The translations under genes were made by a program, and so were the position numbers. A DNA stretch of 64,000 nt, taken from Eledone cirrhosa (Eukaryota). Positions 1-13,500 of the stretch are shown here, one piece after another. The notes beneath the pieces are model-generated. The model had not been told where the DNA came from. It worked only from the letters and a program-made list of their open reading frames with translations, and did not search any database. The stretch covers positions 141,670,001 to 141,734,000 of the forward strand of contig OZ024743.1 in the NCBI GenBank assembly GCA_964016885.1, given 5' to 3'. Position 1 is the stretch's first letter; the number at the start of each line of letters is the position of its first letter.

Positions 1-3000
1 CTTGTTGTTTGGTGCTTGGTGCTTGGTGATTAGTGTTTGGTGCTTGGTTCTTGGGGTTTGCTGTTTGGTGCTTGGGGTTTGGTGTTTGGTTCTTGGTGCT
101 TGGTGTTTGGTGCTTGGTGCTTGGTGTTTGGTGCTTGGTGCTTTGTGTTTGGTGCTTGGTGTTTGGTGCTTGGTGCTTGGTGCTTGGTGCTTGGTGTTAG
201 GTGTTTGGTGCTTGGTGATTGGTGTTTGATGTTAGGTTCTTGGTGCTTGGTGTTTGGTGTTTGGTGCTTGGTGCTTGGTGTTTGGTGTATGGTGCTTGCT
301 GCTTGGTGCTTGGTGTTTTGTGTTTGGAGTTTGGTGCTTGGTGTTTGGTGCTTGGTGCTTGGTGTTTGGTGTTTGGTGTTTGGTGTTTGGTGATTGGTGC
401 TTGGTGTTTGGTGCTTGGTGCTTGGTGCTTGGTGCTTGGTGTTAGGCGTTTGGTGCTTGGTGCTTGGTGTTTGATGTTTGGTCCTTGGTGCTTGGTGTTT
501 GGTATTTGGAGCTTGGTGCTTGGTGTTTTGTGTTTGGTGCTTGCTGCTTGCTGCTTTGTGTTTGGTGCTAGGGACTTGGTGCTTGGTGCTTGGTGTTTGG
601 TGCTTGGTGTTTGGTTTTTGGTGCTTGGTGCGTGGGACCTGGTGTTTGGTGCTTGGTGTTTGGTGCTTGGTGTTTGGTGCTTGGTGCCTGGTGCTTGGTG
701 TTTGGTGTTTGGTGCTTGGTGTTTGGTGCTTGGTGTTTGGTACTTGGTGTTCGGTGCTTGGTGCTTGGTGCTTGGTGCTTGGTGTTTGGTGTTTGGTGCT
801 TGGTGCTTGGTGTTTGATGTTTGGTCCTTGGTGCTTGGTGTTTGGTGTTGTGTGCTTGGTGCTTGGTGCTTGGTGTTTGGTGCTTGGTGCTTGGTGCTTG
901 GTGTTTGGCGTTTGCTGTTTGCTGTTTGGTGTTTGGTGTTTGCTGTTTGGTGTTTGCTATTTGGTGTTTGGTGTTTGGTGCTTGGTGCTTGGTGTTTGCT
1001 GCTTGGTGCTTGGTGCTTGGTGTTTGGTCCTTGGTGCTTGGTGCTTGGTCTTTGGTGCTTGGGTTTTGGTGTTTGGTGCTTGGTGCTTGGTGCTTGGTGC
1101 TTGGTGCTTGGTTCTTGGTGGCTGGTGTTTGGTGCTTGGTGTTTGGAGTTTGGTGCTTGGTGCTTGGTGCCTGGTGTTTCGTGCTTGGTGCTTGGTGCTT
1201 GGTGTTTGGTGTATGGTGCTTGGTGTTTGGTGTTTGGTACTTGGGGCTTGGTGCTTGGTGCTTGGTGTTTGGTGCTTGGTGTTTGATGCTGCGTGCCTGG
1301 TGTTTGGTGTTTGGTGCTTGGTGCTTGGTGTTTGGTGTTTGGAGCTTGGTGCCTGGTGCTTGTTGTTTGGTGTTTGGCGCTTGGTGCTTGGTGTTTGGTG
1401 TTTGGTGCTTGGTGCTTGGTGCTTGGTATCTGGTGTTTGGGGCTTGATGTTTGGTGTTTGGTGCTTGGTGTTTGGTGTTTGGTGCTTGGTGCTTGGTGTT
1501 TGGTGCTTGGTGTTTGATGCTTGGTGTTTGATGCTTGGTGTTTGCTGCTTGGTGCTTGGTGCTTGGTGTTTTGTGTTTGGTGCTTGGTGCTTGGAGCCTG
1601 GTGCTTGGTGCTTGGTGCTTGTTGTTTGGTGCTTGGTGCTTGGTGATTAGTGTTTGGTGCTTCGTGCTTGCGGTTTGGTGTTTGGTGCCTGGGGTTTGGT
1701 GTTTGGTGCTTGGTGCTTGGTGTTTGGTGCTTGGTGCTTGGTGTTTGGTGTTTGCTGTCTGGTGTTTGCTGTTTGGTGTTTGGTGTTTGGTGCTTGCTGT
1801 TTGGTGCTTGGTGCTTGGTGTTTGGTGTTTGGTGTTTGGTGCTTGGTGCTTGGTGTTTGGTGCTTGGTGCTTGGTGCTGGGTGTTTGGTGCTTGGTGCTT
1901 GGTGTTTGGTTGTTGGTGCTTGGTGCTTGGTGTTTGGTCCTTGGTGCTTGGTGCTTGGTCTTTGGTGCTTGGGTTTTGGTGTTTGGTGCTTGGTGCTTGG
2001 TGTTTGGTGCTTGGTTCTTGGTGCTTGGTGCTTGGTGTTTGGTGATTGCTGCTTGGTGCTTGGTGTTTGGTGCTTGGTGCTTGGTGATTAGTGTTTGGTG
2101 ATTGGTGCTTGGGGTTTGCTGTTTGGTGCTTGGTGTTTGGTGTTTGGTGCTTGCTGTTTGGTGTTTGGTGTTTGGTTCTTGGTGCTTGGTGTTTGGTGTT
2201 TGGTGTTTGGTGCTTGGTGCTTGGTGCTTGGTGTTTGGTGCTTGGTGCTTGGTGCTTGGTGTTTGGTGCTGCGTGCTTGGTGTTTGGTGTTTGGTGCTTG
2301 GTGCCTGGTGCTTGTTGTTTGGTGTTTGGTGCTTAGTGCATGGTGTTTGGTGTTTGGTGCTTGGTGCTTGGTGGCTGGTGCTTGGTGCTTGGTGTTTGTA
2401 GTTTGGTGCTTGGTGCTTGGTGCCTGGTGTTTCGTGCTTGGTGCTTGGTGCTTGGTGTTTGGTGTTTGGTGCTTGGTGTTTGGTGTTAGGTACTTGGTGC
2501 TTGGTGCTTGGTGCTTGGTGTTTGGTGCTTGGTGTTTGATGCTGCGTGCTTGGTGTTTGGTGTTTGGTGCTTGGTGCTTGGTGTTTGGTGTTTGGAGCTT
2601 GGTGCCTGCTGCTTGTTGTTTGGTGTTTGGTGCTTGGTGCTTGGTGTTTGGTGTTTGGTGCTTGGTGCTTGATGCTTGGTATCTGGTGTTTGGTGCTTGA
2701 TGTTTGGTGTTTGGTGCTTGGTGCTTGGTGCTTGGTGTTTGGTGTTTGGTGCTTGGTGCTTGGTGTTTGGTGCTTGGTGTTTGGTGTTTGGTGTTTGATG
2801 CTTGGTGTTTGCTGCTTGGTGCTTGGTGCTTGGTGTTTTGTGTTTGGTGCTTGGTGCTTGGTGCCTGGTGCTTGGTGCTTGGTGCTTGTTGTTTGGTGCT
2901 TGGTGCTTGGTGCTTGGTGTTTGGTGCTTGGTGCTTGGTGCTTGGTGTTTGGTGTTTGGTGCTTGGTGTTTGGTGCTTGGTGTTTGGTGCTTGGTGCTTG

Positions 3001-3429
3001 GTGCTTGGTGTTAGGTGTTTGGTGCTTGGTGCTTGGTGTTTGATGTTTGGTCCTTGGTGCTTGTTGTTTGGTGTTTGGTGCTTGGTGCTTGGTGTTTGGT
3101 GTTTGGTTCTTGCTGCTTGCTGCTTGGTGTTTGGTGCTTGGTGATTGGTGCTTGGTGTTTTATGCTTGGTGCTTGGTGTTTGGTGCTAGGGGCTTGGTGC
3201 TAGATGCTTGGTGTTTGGTGCTTGGTGCTTGCTGTTTGGTGTTTGGTGCTTGGTGCGTGGGACTTAGTGTTTGGTGTTTGGTGCTTGGTGTTTTGTGCTT
3301 GGTGTTTGGTGCTTGGTGCTTGGTGTTTGGTGTTTGGTGCTTGGTGCTTGGGGCTTGGTGTTTGGTGCTTAGTGTTTGGTGCTTGGTGTTTGGTGCTTGG
3401 TGCTTGGTGCTTTGTGTTTGGTGTATGGT

Positions 3430-3810
3430 GTTTGGTGCTTGGTGTTTGGTGCTTGGTGCTTGGTGCTGGGTGGTTGGTGTTTGGTGTTTGGTGCTTGGTG
3501 ATTGGTGCTTATTGTTTGGTGCTTGGTGCTTGGTGCTTGGTGCTTGGTCTTTGGTGCTTGGTGTTTGGTGTTTGGTGCTTGGTGCTTGGTGCTTGGTGAT
3601 TAGTGTTTGGTGTTTGGTGCTTGGTGTTTGGTGCTTGGTGCTTGGTGCTGGGTGGTTGGTGTTTGGTGTTTGGTGCTTGGTGATTGGTGCTTATTGTTTG
3701 GTGCTTGGTGCTTGGTGCTTGGTGCTTGGTCTTTGGTGCTTGGTGTTTGGTGCTTGGTGTTTGGTGTTTGGTGCTTGGTGCTTGGTGCTTGGTGATTAGT
3801 GTTTGGTGCT
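3430..3810 (+). repeat. 182-bp (26-monomer) local tandem duplication, also copied at ~11345-11725
   Basis: CTGGGTGGTTGG...TTATTGT...TTGGTCT...TTGGTGATTAGTG occurs twice 182 bp apart (TTATTGT at ~3509 and ~3691). Confidence 0.85.
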
Positions 3811-4069
3811 TGGTGCTTGGTGCCTGGTGCTTGGTGCTTGGTGCTTGTTGTTTGGTGCTTGGTACTTGGTGATTAGTGTTTGGTGCTTGGTGCTTGGGGT
3901 TTGGTGTTTGGTGCTTGGGGTTTGGTGTTTGGTGCTTGGTGCTTGGTGTTTGGTGCTTGGTGCTTGGTGTTTGGTGCTTGGTGCTTTGTGTTTGGTGCTT
4001 GGTGTTTGGTGCTTTGATGCTTGGTGCTTGGTGCTTGGTGTTAGGTGTTTGGTGCTTGGTGATTGGTGT

Positions 4070-4570
4070 TTGATGTTAGGTTCTTGGTGCTTGGTGTTTG
4101 GTGTTTGGTGCTTGGTGCTTGGTGTTTGGTCTTTGGTGCTTGCTGCTTGGTGCCTGGTGTTTTGTGTTTGGAGTTTGGTGATTGGTGTTTGGTGCTTGAT
4201 GCTTGGTGTTTGGTGTTTGGTGTTTGGTGTTTGGTGATTGGTGCTTGGTGTTTGGTGCTTGGTGCTTGGTGCTTGGTGTTTGGTGTTAGGCGTTTGGTGC
4301 TTGGTGCTTGGTATTTGATGTTAGGTTCTTGGTGCTTGGTGTTTGGTGTTTGGTGCTTGGTGCTTGGTGCTTGGTGTTTGGTGTTAGGCGTTTGGTGCTT
4401 GGTGCTTGGTATTTGATGTTAGGTTCTTGGTGCTTGGTGTTTGGTGTTTGGTGCTTGGTGCTTGGTGTTTGGTGTTTGGTGCTTGATGCTTGGTGCTTGG
4501 TGTTTTGTGTTTGGAGTTTGGTGCTTGGTGTTTGGTGCTTGGTGCTTGGTGTTTGGTGTTTGGTGTTTGG
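4070..4570 (+). repeat. Nested 245-bp and 98-bp local duplications
   Basis: TAGGTTC at ~4077, ~4322 (+245) and ~4420 (+98); TAGGCGT at ~4287 and ~4385. The sister copy has only the 245-bp pair (~11992 and ~12237). Confidence 0.8.
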
Positions 4571-7500
4571 TGTTTGGTGCTTGCTGCTTGCTGCTTGGTG
4601 TTTGGTGCTAGGGACTTGGTGCTTGGTGCTTGGTGTTTGGTGCTTGGTGTTTGGTGTTTGGTGCTTGGTGCGTGGGACTTGGTGTTTGGTGCTTGGTGTT
4701 TGGTGCTTGGTGTTTGGTGCTTGGTGCCTGGTGCTTGGTGTTTGGTGTTTGGTGCTTGGTGTTTGGTGTTTGGCGTTTGCTGTTTGCTGTTTGGTGTTTG
4801 GTGTTTGCTGTTTGGTGTTTGCTGTTTGGTGTTTGGTGTTTGGTGCTTGGTGCTTGGTGTTTGGTGCTTGGTGCTTGGTGCTTGGTGTTTGGTCCTTGGT
4901 GCTTGGTGCTTGGTCTTTGGTGTTTGGGTTTTGGTGTTTGGTGCTTGGTGCTTGGTGTTTGGCGCTTGGTGATTGGTGCTTGGTGCTTGGTGTTTGGTGC
5001 TTGCTGCTTGGTGCTTGGTGTTTGGTGCTTGGTGCTTGGTGATTAGTGTTTGGTGATTGGTGCTTCGGGTTTGGTGTTTGGGGCTTGGTGTTTGGTGCTT
5101 GGTGCTTGCTGTTTGGTGATTGGTGTTTGGTTCTTGGTGCTTGGTGTTTGGTGTTTGGTGTTTGGTGCTTGGTGCTTGGTGCTTGGTGTTTGGTGCTTGG
5201 TGCTTGGTGCTTGGTGCTTGGTGTTTGGTGCTGCGTGCTTGGTGTTTGGTGTTTGGTGCTTGGTGCCTGGTGATTGTTGTTTGGTGTTTGGTGCTTAGTG
5301 CTTGGTGTTTGGTGTTTGGTGCTTGGTGCTTGGTGGCTAGTGTTTGGTTCTTGGTGTTTGGAGTTTGGTGCTTGGTGCTTGGTGCCTGGTGTTTCGTCCT
5401 TGGTGCTTGGTGCTTGGTGTTTGGTGTATGGTGCTTGGTGTTTGGTGTTTGGTACTTGGTGCTTGGTGCTTGGTGCTTGGTGTTTGGTGCTTGGTGTTTG
5501 ATGCTGCGTGCTTGGTGTTTGGTGTTTGGTGCTTGGTGCTTGGTGTTTGGTGTTTGGAGCTTGGTGCCTGGTGCTTGTTGTTTGGTGTTTGGCGCTTGGT
5601 GCTTGGTGTTTGGTGTTTGGTGCTTGGTGCTTGGTGCTTGGTATCTGGTGTTTGGTGCTTGATGTTTGGTGTTTGGTGCTTGGTGTTTGGTGTTTGGTGC
5701 TTGGTGCTTGGTGTTTGGTGCTTGGTGTTTGGTGCTTGGTGTTTGATGCTTGGTGTTTGCTGCTTGGTGCTTAGTGCTTGGTGTTTTGTGTTTGGTGCTT
5801 GGTGCATGGAGTCTGGTGCTTGGTGCTTGGTGCTTGTTGTTTGGTGCTTGGTGCTTGGTGATTAGTGTTTGGTGCTTGGTGCTTGCGGTTTGGTGTTCGG
5901 TGCTTGGGGTTTGATGTTAGGTGCTTGGTGCTTGGTGTTTGGTGCTTGGTGCTTGGTGCTTGGTGTTTGGTGCTTGGTGCTTGGTGTTTGGTGCTTGGTG
6001 CTTGGTGTTTGGTGTTTGGCGTTTGCTGTTTGCTGTTTGGTGTTTGGTGTTTGCTGTTTGGTGCTTGGTGCTTGGTGTTTGGTGTTTGGTGTTTGGTGCT
6101 TGGTGCTTGGTGTTTGGTGCTTGGTGCTTGGTGCTGGGTGTTTGGTGCTTGGTGCTTGGTGTTTGGTTGTTGGTGCTTGGTGCTTGGTGTTTGGTCCTTG
6201 GTGCTTGGTGCTTGGTCTTTGGTGCTTGTGTTTTGGTGTTTGGTGCTTGGTGCTTGGTGTTTGGGGCTTGGTTCTTGGTGCTTGGTGCTTGGTGTTTGGT
6301 GATTGCTGCTTGGTGCTTGGTGTTTGGTGCTTGGTGCTTGGTGATTAGTGTTTGGTGATTGGTGCTTGGGGTTTGCTGTTTGGTGCTTGGTGTTTGGTGC
6401 TTGGTGCTTGCTGTTTGGTGTTTGGTGTTTGGTTCTTGGTGCTTGGTGTTTGGTGTTTGGTGTTTGGTGCTTGGTCCTTGGTGCTTGGTGTTTGGTGCTT
6501 GGTGCTTGGTGCTTGGTGTTTGGTGCTGCGTGCTTGGTGTTTGGTGTTTGGTGCTTGGTGCCTGGTGCTTGTTGTTTGGTGTTTGGTGCTTAGTGCATGG
6601 TGTTTGGTGTTTGGTGCTTGGTGCTTGGTGGCTGGTGCTTGGTGTTTGGTGTTTGGAGTTTGGTGCTTGGTGCTTGGTGCCTGGTGTTTCGTGCTTGGTG
6701 CTTGGTGTTTGGTGTTTGGTGCTTGGTGCTTGGTGTTTGGTGTTTGGAGCTTGGTGCCTGTTGCTTGTTGTTTGGTGTTTGGTGCTTGGTGCTTGGTGTT
6801 TGGTGTTTGGTGCTTGGTGCTTGATGCTTGGTATCTGGTGTTTGGTGCTTGATGTTTGGTGTTTGGTGCTTGGTGCTTGGTGCTTGGTGTTTGGTGTTTG
6901 GTGCTTGGTGCTTGGTGTTTGGTGCTTGGTGTTTGGTGTTTGGTGTTTGATGCTTGGTGTTTGCTGCTTGGTGCTTGGTGCTTGGTGTTTTGTGTTTGGT
7001 GCTTGGTGCTTGGTGCCTGGTGCTTGGTGCTTGGTGCTTGTTGTTTGGTGCTTGGTGCTTGGTGCTTGGTGTTTGGTGCTTGGTGCTTGGTGCTTGGTGT
7101 TTGGTGCTTGGTGCTTGGTGTTTGGTGCTTGGTGCTTAGTGTTTGGTGCTTGGTGTTTGGTGCTTGGTGCTTGGTGCTTGGTGCTTGGTGTTAGGTGTTT
7201 GGTGCTTGGTGCTTGGTGTTTGATGTTTGGTCCTTGGTGCTTGGGGTTTGGTGTTTGGTGCTTGGTGCTTGGTGTTTGGTGTTTGGTGCTTGCTGCTTGC
7301 TGCTTGGTGTTTGGTGCTTGGTGATTGGTGCTTGGTGTTTTGTGCTTGGTGCTTGGTGTTTGGTGTTTGCTGCTAGGGGCTTGGTGCTTGGTGCTTGGTG
7401 TTTGGTGCTTGGTGCTTGCTGTTTGGTGTTTGGTGCTTGGTGCGTGGGACTTAGTGTTTGGTGTTTGGTGCTTGGTGTTTGGTGCTTGGTGTTTGGTGCT

Positions 7501-10500
7501 TGGTGTTTGGGGCTTGGTGTTCGGTGCTTGGTGCTTGGTGCTTGGTGTTTGATGTTGGGTCCTTGGTGCTTGGTGTTTGGTGTTTGGTGCTGGTGTTTGG
7601 TGTTTGGTGCTTGGTGCTTGGTGTTTGGTGTTTGGTGCTTGGTGCTTGGGGCTTGGTGTTTGGTGCTTGGTGCTTGGTGTTTGGTGCTTCTGCTTGGGGC
7701 TTGGTAGTTGGTGCTTGGTGCTTGGTGCCTGGTGTTTGGTGTTTGGTGTTTGGTGCTTGGTGTATGGTGCTTGGTGCTTGGTGCTGGGTGGTTGGTGTTT
7801 GGTGCTTGGTGCTTGGTGTTTGGTGCTTGGTGCTTGGTGCTTGTTGTTTGGTGCTTGGTGCTTGGTGCTTGGTCTTTGGTGCATGGTGTTTGGTGTTTGG
7901 CGCTTGGTGCTTGGTGCTTCGTGATTGGTGCTTGGTGCTTGGTGCTTGGTGTTTGGTGCTTGGTGCTTGGTGATTAGTGTTTGTTGCTTGGTGCTTGGGG
8001 TTTGGTGGTTGGTGCTTGGTGCTTGGTGTTTGGTGTTTGGTGTTTGGTGTTTGCTGTTTGTTGTTTGGTGTCTGCTTTTTGGTGTTTGGTGTTTGCTGTA
8101 TGGTGTTTGCTGTTTCGTATTTGGTTTTTGCTGTTTGGTGTTTGGTGTTTGCTGTTTGGTGTTTGGTGTTTGGTGCTTGGTGCTTGGTGTTTGGCTTTGG
8201 TGCTTGGTGCTTGGTGTTTGGTGCTTGGTGCTTGGTGTTTGGTGCTTGGTGCTTGGTGCTTGTTGTTTGGTGCTTGGTGCTTGGTGCTTGGTCTTTGGTG
8301 CATGGTGTTTGGTGTTTGGTGCTTGGTGCCTGGTGCTTGTTGTATGGTGTTTGGTGCTTGGTGCTTGGTGTTTGGTGTTTGCTGCTTGGTGTCTGGTGTT
8401 TGGTGCTTGGTGTTTGGTGTTTGGTGCTTGGTGCTTGGTGCTTGGTGTTTGGTGTTTGGTGCTTGGTGCTTGGTGTTTGGTGTTTGGTGCTGGGTGCATG
8501 GAGTTTGGTGCTTGGTGCTTAGTGCTTGGTGTTTGGTGTTTGATGCTTGGTGCGTGGTGCTTGGTGCTTCGTGTTTTGTGTTTGGTGCTTGGTGCTTGGT
8601 GCCTGGTGCTTGGTGCTTGGTGATTAGTGTTTGGTGCTTGGTGCTTGGTGTTTGGTGCTTGGTGTTTGGTGCTTGGTGCCTGGTGCTTGGTGTTTGGTGT
8701 TTGATGCTTGGTGTTTGGTGTTTGGTGTTTGGTACTTGGTGTTCGGTGCTTGGTGCTTGGTGCTTGGTGTTTGGTGTTTGGTGCTTGGTGCTTGGTGTTT
8801 GATGTTTGGTCCTTGGTGCTTGGTGTTTGGTGTTGTGTGCTTGGTGCTTGGTGCTTGGTGTTTGGTGCTTGGTGCTTGGTGCTTGGTGTTTGGCGTTTGC
8901 TGTTTGCTGTTTGGTGTTTGGTGTTTGCTGTTTGGTGTTTGCTGTTTGGTGCTTGGTGCTTGGTGTTTGGTGTTTGGTGCTTGGTGTTTGGTGCTTGGTG
9001 CTTGGTGCTGGGTGTTTGGTGCTTGGTGCTTGGTGTTTGGTTCTTGGTGATTGGTGCTTGGTGTTTGGTCCTTGGTGCTTGGTGCTTGGTCTTTGGTGCT
9101 TGGGTTTTGGTGTTTGGTGCTTGGTGCTTGGTGTTTGGTGCTTGGTGTTTGGTGCTTGGTGCTTGGTTATTAGTGTTTGGTGATTGGTGCTTGGGGTTTG
9201 GTGTTTGGGGCTTGGTGTTTGGTGCTTAGTGCTTGCTGTTTGGTGTTTGGTGTTTGGTTCTTGGTGCTTGGTGTTTGGTGTTTGGTGTTTGCTGCTTGGT
9301 GCTTGGTGCTTGGTGTTTGGTGCTTGGTGCTTGGTGCTTGGTGTTTGGTGCTGCGTGTTTGGTGTTTGGTGTTTGGTGCTTGGTGCCTGGTGCTTGTTGT
9401 TTGGTGTTTGGTGCTTAGTGCGCGGTGTTTGGTGTTTGGTGCTTGGTGCTTGGTGGCTGGTGTTTGGTGCTTGGTGTTTGGAGTTTGGTGCTTGGTGCTT
9501 GGTGCCTGGTGTTTCGTGCTTGGTGCTTGGTGCTTGGTGTTTGATGTTTGGTGCTTGGTGTTTGGTGTTTGGTACTTGGTGCTTGGTGCTTGGTGCTTGG
9601 TGTTTGGTGCTTGGTGTTTGATGCTGCGTGCTTGGTGTTTGGTGTTTGGTGCTTGGTGCTTGGTGTTTGTTGTTTGGAGCTTGGTGCCTGGTGCTTGTTG
9701 TTTGGTGTTTGGCGCTTGGTGCTTGGTGTTTGGTGTTTGGCGCTTGGTGCTTGGTGTTTGGTGTTTGGTGCTTGGTGCTTGGTGCTTGGTATCTGGTGTT
9801 TGGTGCTTGATGTTTGGTGTTTGGTGCTTGGTGTTTGGTGTTTGGTGCTTGGTGTTTGGTGCTTGGTGTTTGGTTGTTGGTGCTTGGTGCTTGGTGTTTG
9901 GTCCTTGGTGCTTGGTGCTTGGTCTTTGGTGCTTGGGTTTTGGTGTTTGGTGCTTGGTGCTTGGTGTTTGGTGCTTGGTTCTTGGTGCTTGGTGCTTGGT
10001 GTTTGGTGATTGCTGCTTGGTGCTTGGTGTTTGGTGCTTGGTGCTTGGTGATTAGTGTTTGGTGATTGGTGCTTGGGGTTTGCTGTTTGGTGCTTGGTGT
10101 TTGGTGTTTGGTGCTTGCTGTTTGGTGTTTGGTGTTTGGTTCTTGGTGCTTGGTGTTTGGTGTTTGGTGTTTGGTGCTTGGTGCTTGGTGCTTGGTGTTT
10201 GGTGCTTGGTGCTTGGTGCTTGGTGTTTGGTGCTGCGTGCTTGGTGTTTGGTGTTTGGTGCTTGGTGCCTGGTGCTTGTTGTTTGGTGTTTGGTGCTTAG
10301 TGCATGGTGTTTGGTGTTTGGTGCTTGGTGCTTGGTGGCTGGTGCTTGGTGCTTGGTGTTTGTAGTTTGGTGCTTGGTGCTTGGTGCCTGGTGTTTCGTG
10401 CTTGGTGCTTGGTGCTTGGTGTTTGGTGTTTGGTGCTTGGTGTTTGGTGTTAGGTACTTGGTGCTTGGTGCTTGGTGCTTGGTGTTTGGTGCTTGGTGTT

Positions 10501-13500
10501 TGATGCTGCGTGCTTGGTGTTTGGTGTTTGGTGCTTGGTGCTTGGTGTTTGGTGTTTGGAGCTTGGTGCCTGCTGCTTGTTGTTTGGTGTTTGGTGCTTG
10601 GTGCTTGGTGTTTGGTGTTTGGTGCTTGGTGCTTGATGCTTGGTATCTGGTGTTTGGTGCTTGATGTTTGGTGTTTGGTGCTTGGTGCTTGGTGCTTGGT
10701 GTTTGGTGTTTGGTGCTTGGTGCTTGGTGTTTGGTGCTTGGTGTTTGGTGTTTGGTGTTTGATGCTTGGTGTTTGCTGCTTGGTGCTTGGTGCTTGGTGC
10801 TTGGTGCCTGGTGCTTGGTGCTTGGTGCTTGTTGTTTGGTGCTTGGTGCTTGGTGCTTGGTGTTTGGTGCTTGGTGCTTGGTGCTTGGTGTTTGGTGTTT
10901 GGTGCTTGGTGTTTGGTGCTTGGTGTTTGGTGCTTGGTGCTTGGTGCTTGGTGTTAGGTGTTTGGTGCTTGGTGCTTGGTGTTTGATGTTTGGTGCTTGG
11001 TGCTTGGTGTTTGGTGTTTGGTGCTTGCTGCTTGCTGCTTGGTGTTTGGTGCTTGGTGATTGGTGCTTGGTGTTTTATGCTTGGTGCTTGGTGTTTGGTG
11101 CTAGGGGCTTGGTGCTAGATGCTTGGTGTTTGGTGCTTGGTGCTTGCTGTTTGGTGTTTGGTGCTTGGTGCGTGGGACTTAGTGTTTGGTGTTTGGTGCT
11201 TGGTGTTTTGTGCTTGGTGTTTGGTGCTTGGTGCTTGGTGTTTGGTGTTTGGTGCTTGGTGCTTGGGGCTTGGTGTTTGGTGCTTAGTGTTTGGTGCTTG
11301 GTGTTTGGTGCTTGGTGCTTGGTGCTTTGTGTTTGGTGTATGGTGTTTGGTGCTTGGTGTTTGGTGCTTGGTGCTTGGTGCTGGGTGGTTGGTGTTTGGT
11401 GTTTGGTGCTTGGTGATTGGTGCTTATTGTTTGGTGCTTGGTGCTTGGTGCTTGGTGCTTGGTCTTTGGTGCTTGGTGTTTGGTGTTTGGTGCTTGGTGC
11501 TTGGTGCTTGGTGATTAGTGTTTGGTGTTTGGTGCTTGGTGTTTGGTGCTTGGTGCTTGGTGCTGGGTGGTTGGTGTTTGGTGTTTGGTGCTTGGTGATT
11601 GGTGCTTATTGTTTGGTGCTTGGTGCTTGGTGCTTGGTGCTTGGTCTTTGGTGCTTGGTGTTTGGTGCTTGGTGTTTGGTGTTTGGTGCTTGGTGCTTGG
11701 TGCTTGGTGATTAGTGTTTGGTGCTTGGTGCTTGGTGCCTGGTGCTTGGTGCTTGGTGCTTGTTGTTTGGTGCTTGGTACTTGGTGATTAGTGTTTGGTG
11801 CTTGGTGCTTGGGGTTTGGTGTTTGGTGCTTGGGGTTTGGTGTTTGGTGCTTGGTGCTTGGTGTTTGGTGCTTGGTGCTTGGTGTTTGGTGCTTGGTGCT
11901 TTGTGTTTGGTGCTTGGTGTTTGGTGCTTTGATGCTTGGTGCTTGGTGCTTGGTGTTAGGTGTTTGGTGCTTGGTGATTGGTGTTTGATGTTAGGTTCTT
12001 GGTGCTTGGTGTTTGGTGTTTGGTGCTTGGTGCTTGGTGTTTGGTCTTTGGTGCTTGCTGCTTGGTGCCTGGTGTTTTGTGTTTGGAGTTTGGTGCTTGG
12101 TGTTTGGTGCTTGATGCTTGGTGTTTGGTGTTTGGTGTTTGGTGTTTGGTGATTGGTGCTTGGTGTTTGGTGCTTGGTGCTTGGTGCTTGGTGTTTGGTG
12201 TTAGGCGTTTGGTGCTTGGTGCTTGGTATTTGATGTTAGGTTCTTGGTGCTTGGTGTTTGGTGTTTGGTGCTTGGTGCTTGGTGTTTGGTGTTTGGTGCT
12301 TGATGCTTGGTGCTTGGTGTTTTGTGTTTGGAGTTTGGTGCTTGGTGTTTGGTGCTTGGTGCTTGGTGTTTGGTGTTTGGTGTTTGGTGTTTGGTGATTG
12401 GTGTTTGGTGTTTGGTGCTTGGTGTTTGGTGCTTGGTGCTTGGTGCTTGGTCCTTGGTGCTTGGTGTTTGGTATTTGGAGCTTGGTGCTTGGTGTTTGGT
12501 GTTTGGTGCTTGCTGCTTGCTGCTTGGTGTTTGGTGCTAGGGACTTGGTGCTTGGTGCTTGGTGTTTGGTGCTTGGTGTTTGGTGTTTGGTGCTTGGTGC
12601 GTGGGACTTGGTGTTTGGTGCTTGGTGTTTGGTGCTTGGTGTTTGGTGCTTGGTGCCTGGTGCTTGGTGTTTGGTGTTTGGTGCTTGGTGTTTGGTGTTT
12701 GGCGTTTGCTGTTTGCTGTTTGGTGTTTGGTGTTTGCTGTTTGGTGTTTGCTGTTTGGTGTTTGGTGTTTGGTGCTTGGTGCTTGGTGTTTGGTGCTTGG
12801 TGCTTGGTGCTTGGTGTTTGGTCCTTGGTGCTTGGTGCTTGGTCTTTGGTGTTTGGGTTTTGGTGTTTGGTGCTTGGTGCTTGGTGTTTGGCGCTTGGTG
12901 ATTGGTGCTTGGTGCTTGGTGTTTGGTGCTTGCTGCTTGGTGCTTGGTGTTTGGTGCTTGGTGCTTGGTGATTAGTGTTTGGTGATTGGTGCTTCGGGTT
13001 TGGTGTTTGGGGCTTGGTGTTTGGTGCTTGGTGCTTGCTGTTTGGTGATTGGTGTTTGGTTCTTGGTGCTTGGTGTTTGGTGTTTGGTGTTTGGTGCTTG
13101 GTGCTTGGTGCTTGGTGTTTGGTGCTTGGTGCTTGGTGCTTGGTGCTTGGTGTTTGGTGCTGCGTGCTTGGTGTTTGGTGTTTGGTGCTTGGTGCCTGGT
13201 GATTGTTGTTTGGTGTTTGGTGCTTAGTGCTTGGTGTTTGGTGTTTGGTGCTTGGTGCTTGGTGGCTAGTGTTTGGTGCTTGGTGTTTGGAGTTTGGTGC
13301 TTGGTGCTTGGTGCCTGGTGTTTCGTCCTTGGTGCTTGGTGCTTGGTGTTTGGTGTATGGTGCTTGGTGTTTGGTGTTTGGTACTTGGTGCTTGGTGCTT
13401 GGTGCTTGGTGTTTGGTGCTTGGTGTTTGATGCTGCGTGCTTGGTGTTTGGTGTTTGGTGCTTGGTGCTTGGTGTTTGGTGTTTGGAGCTTGGTGCCTGG

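Larger units (their letters stand above)
30..7500 (+). repeat. Older, diverged ~3.8-4.3 kb duplication (~30-3300 vs ~3870-7500)
   Basis: Matching variant patterns and ORF starts: 219/4063 (offset 3844), 590/4630 (4040), 1293/5508 and 1650/5865 (4215), 2091/6348 (4257), 3015/7195 (4180). All offsets are 7n+1, explained by one extra T at ~4013. Confidence 0.8.
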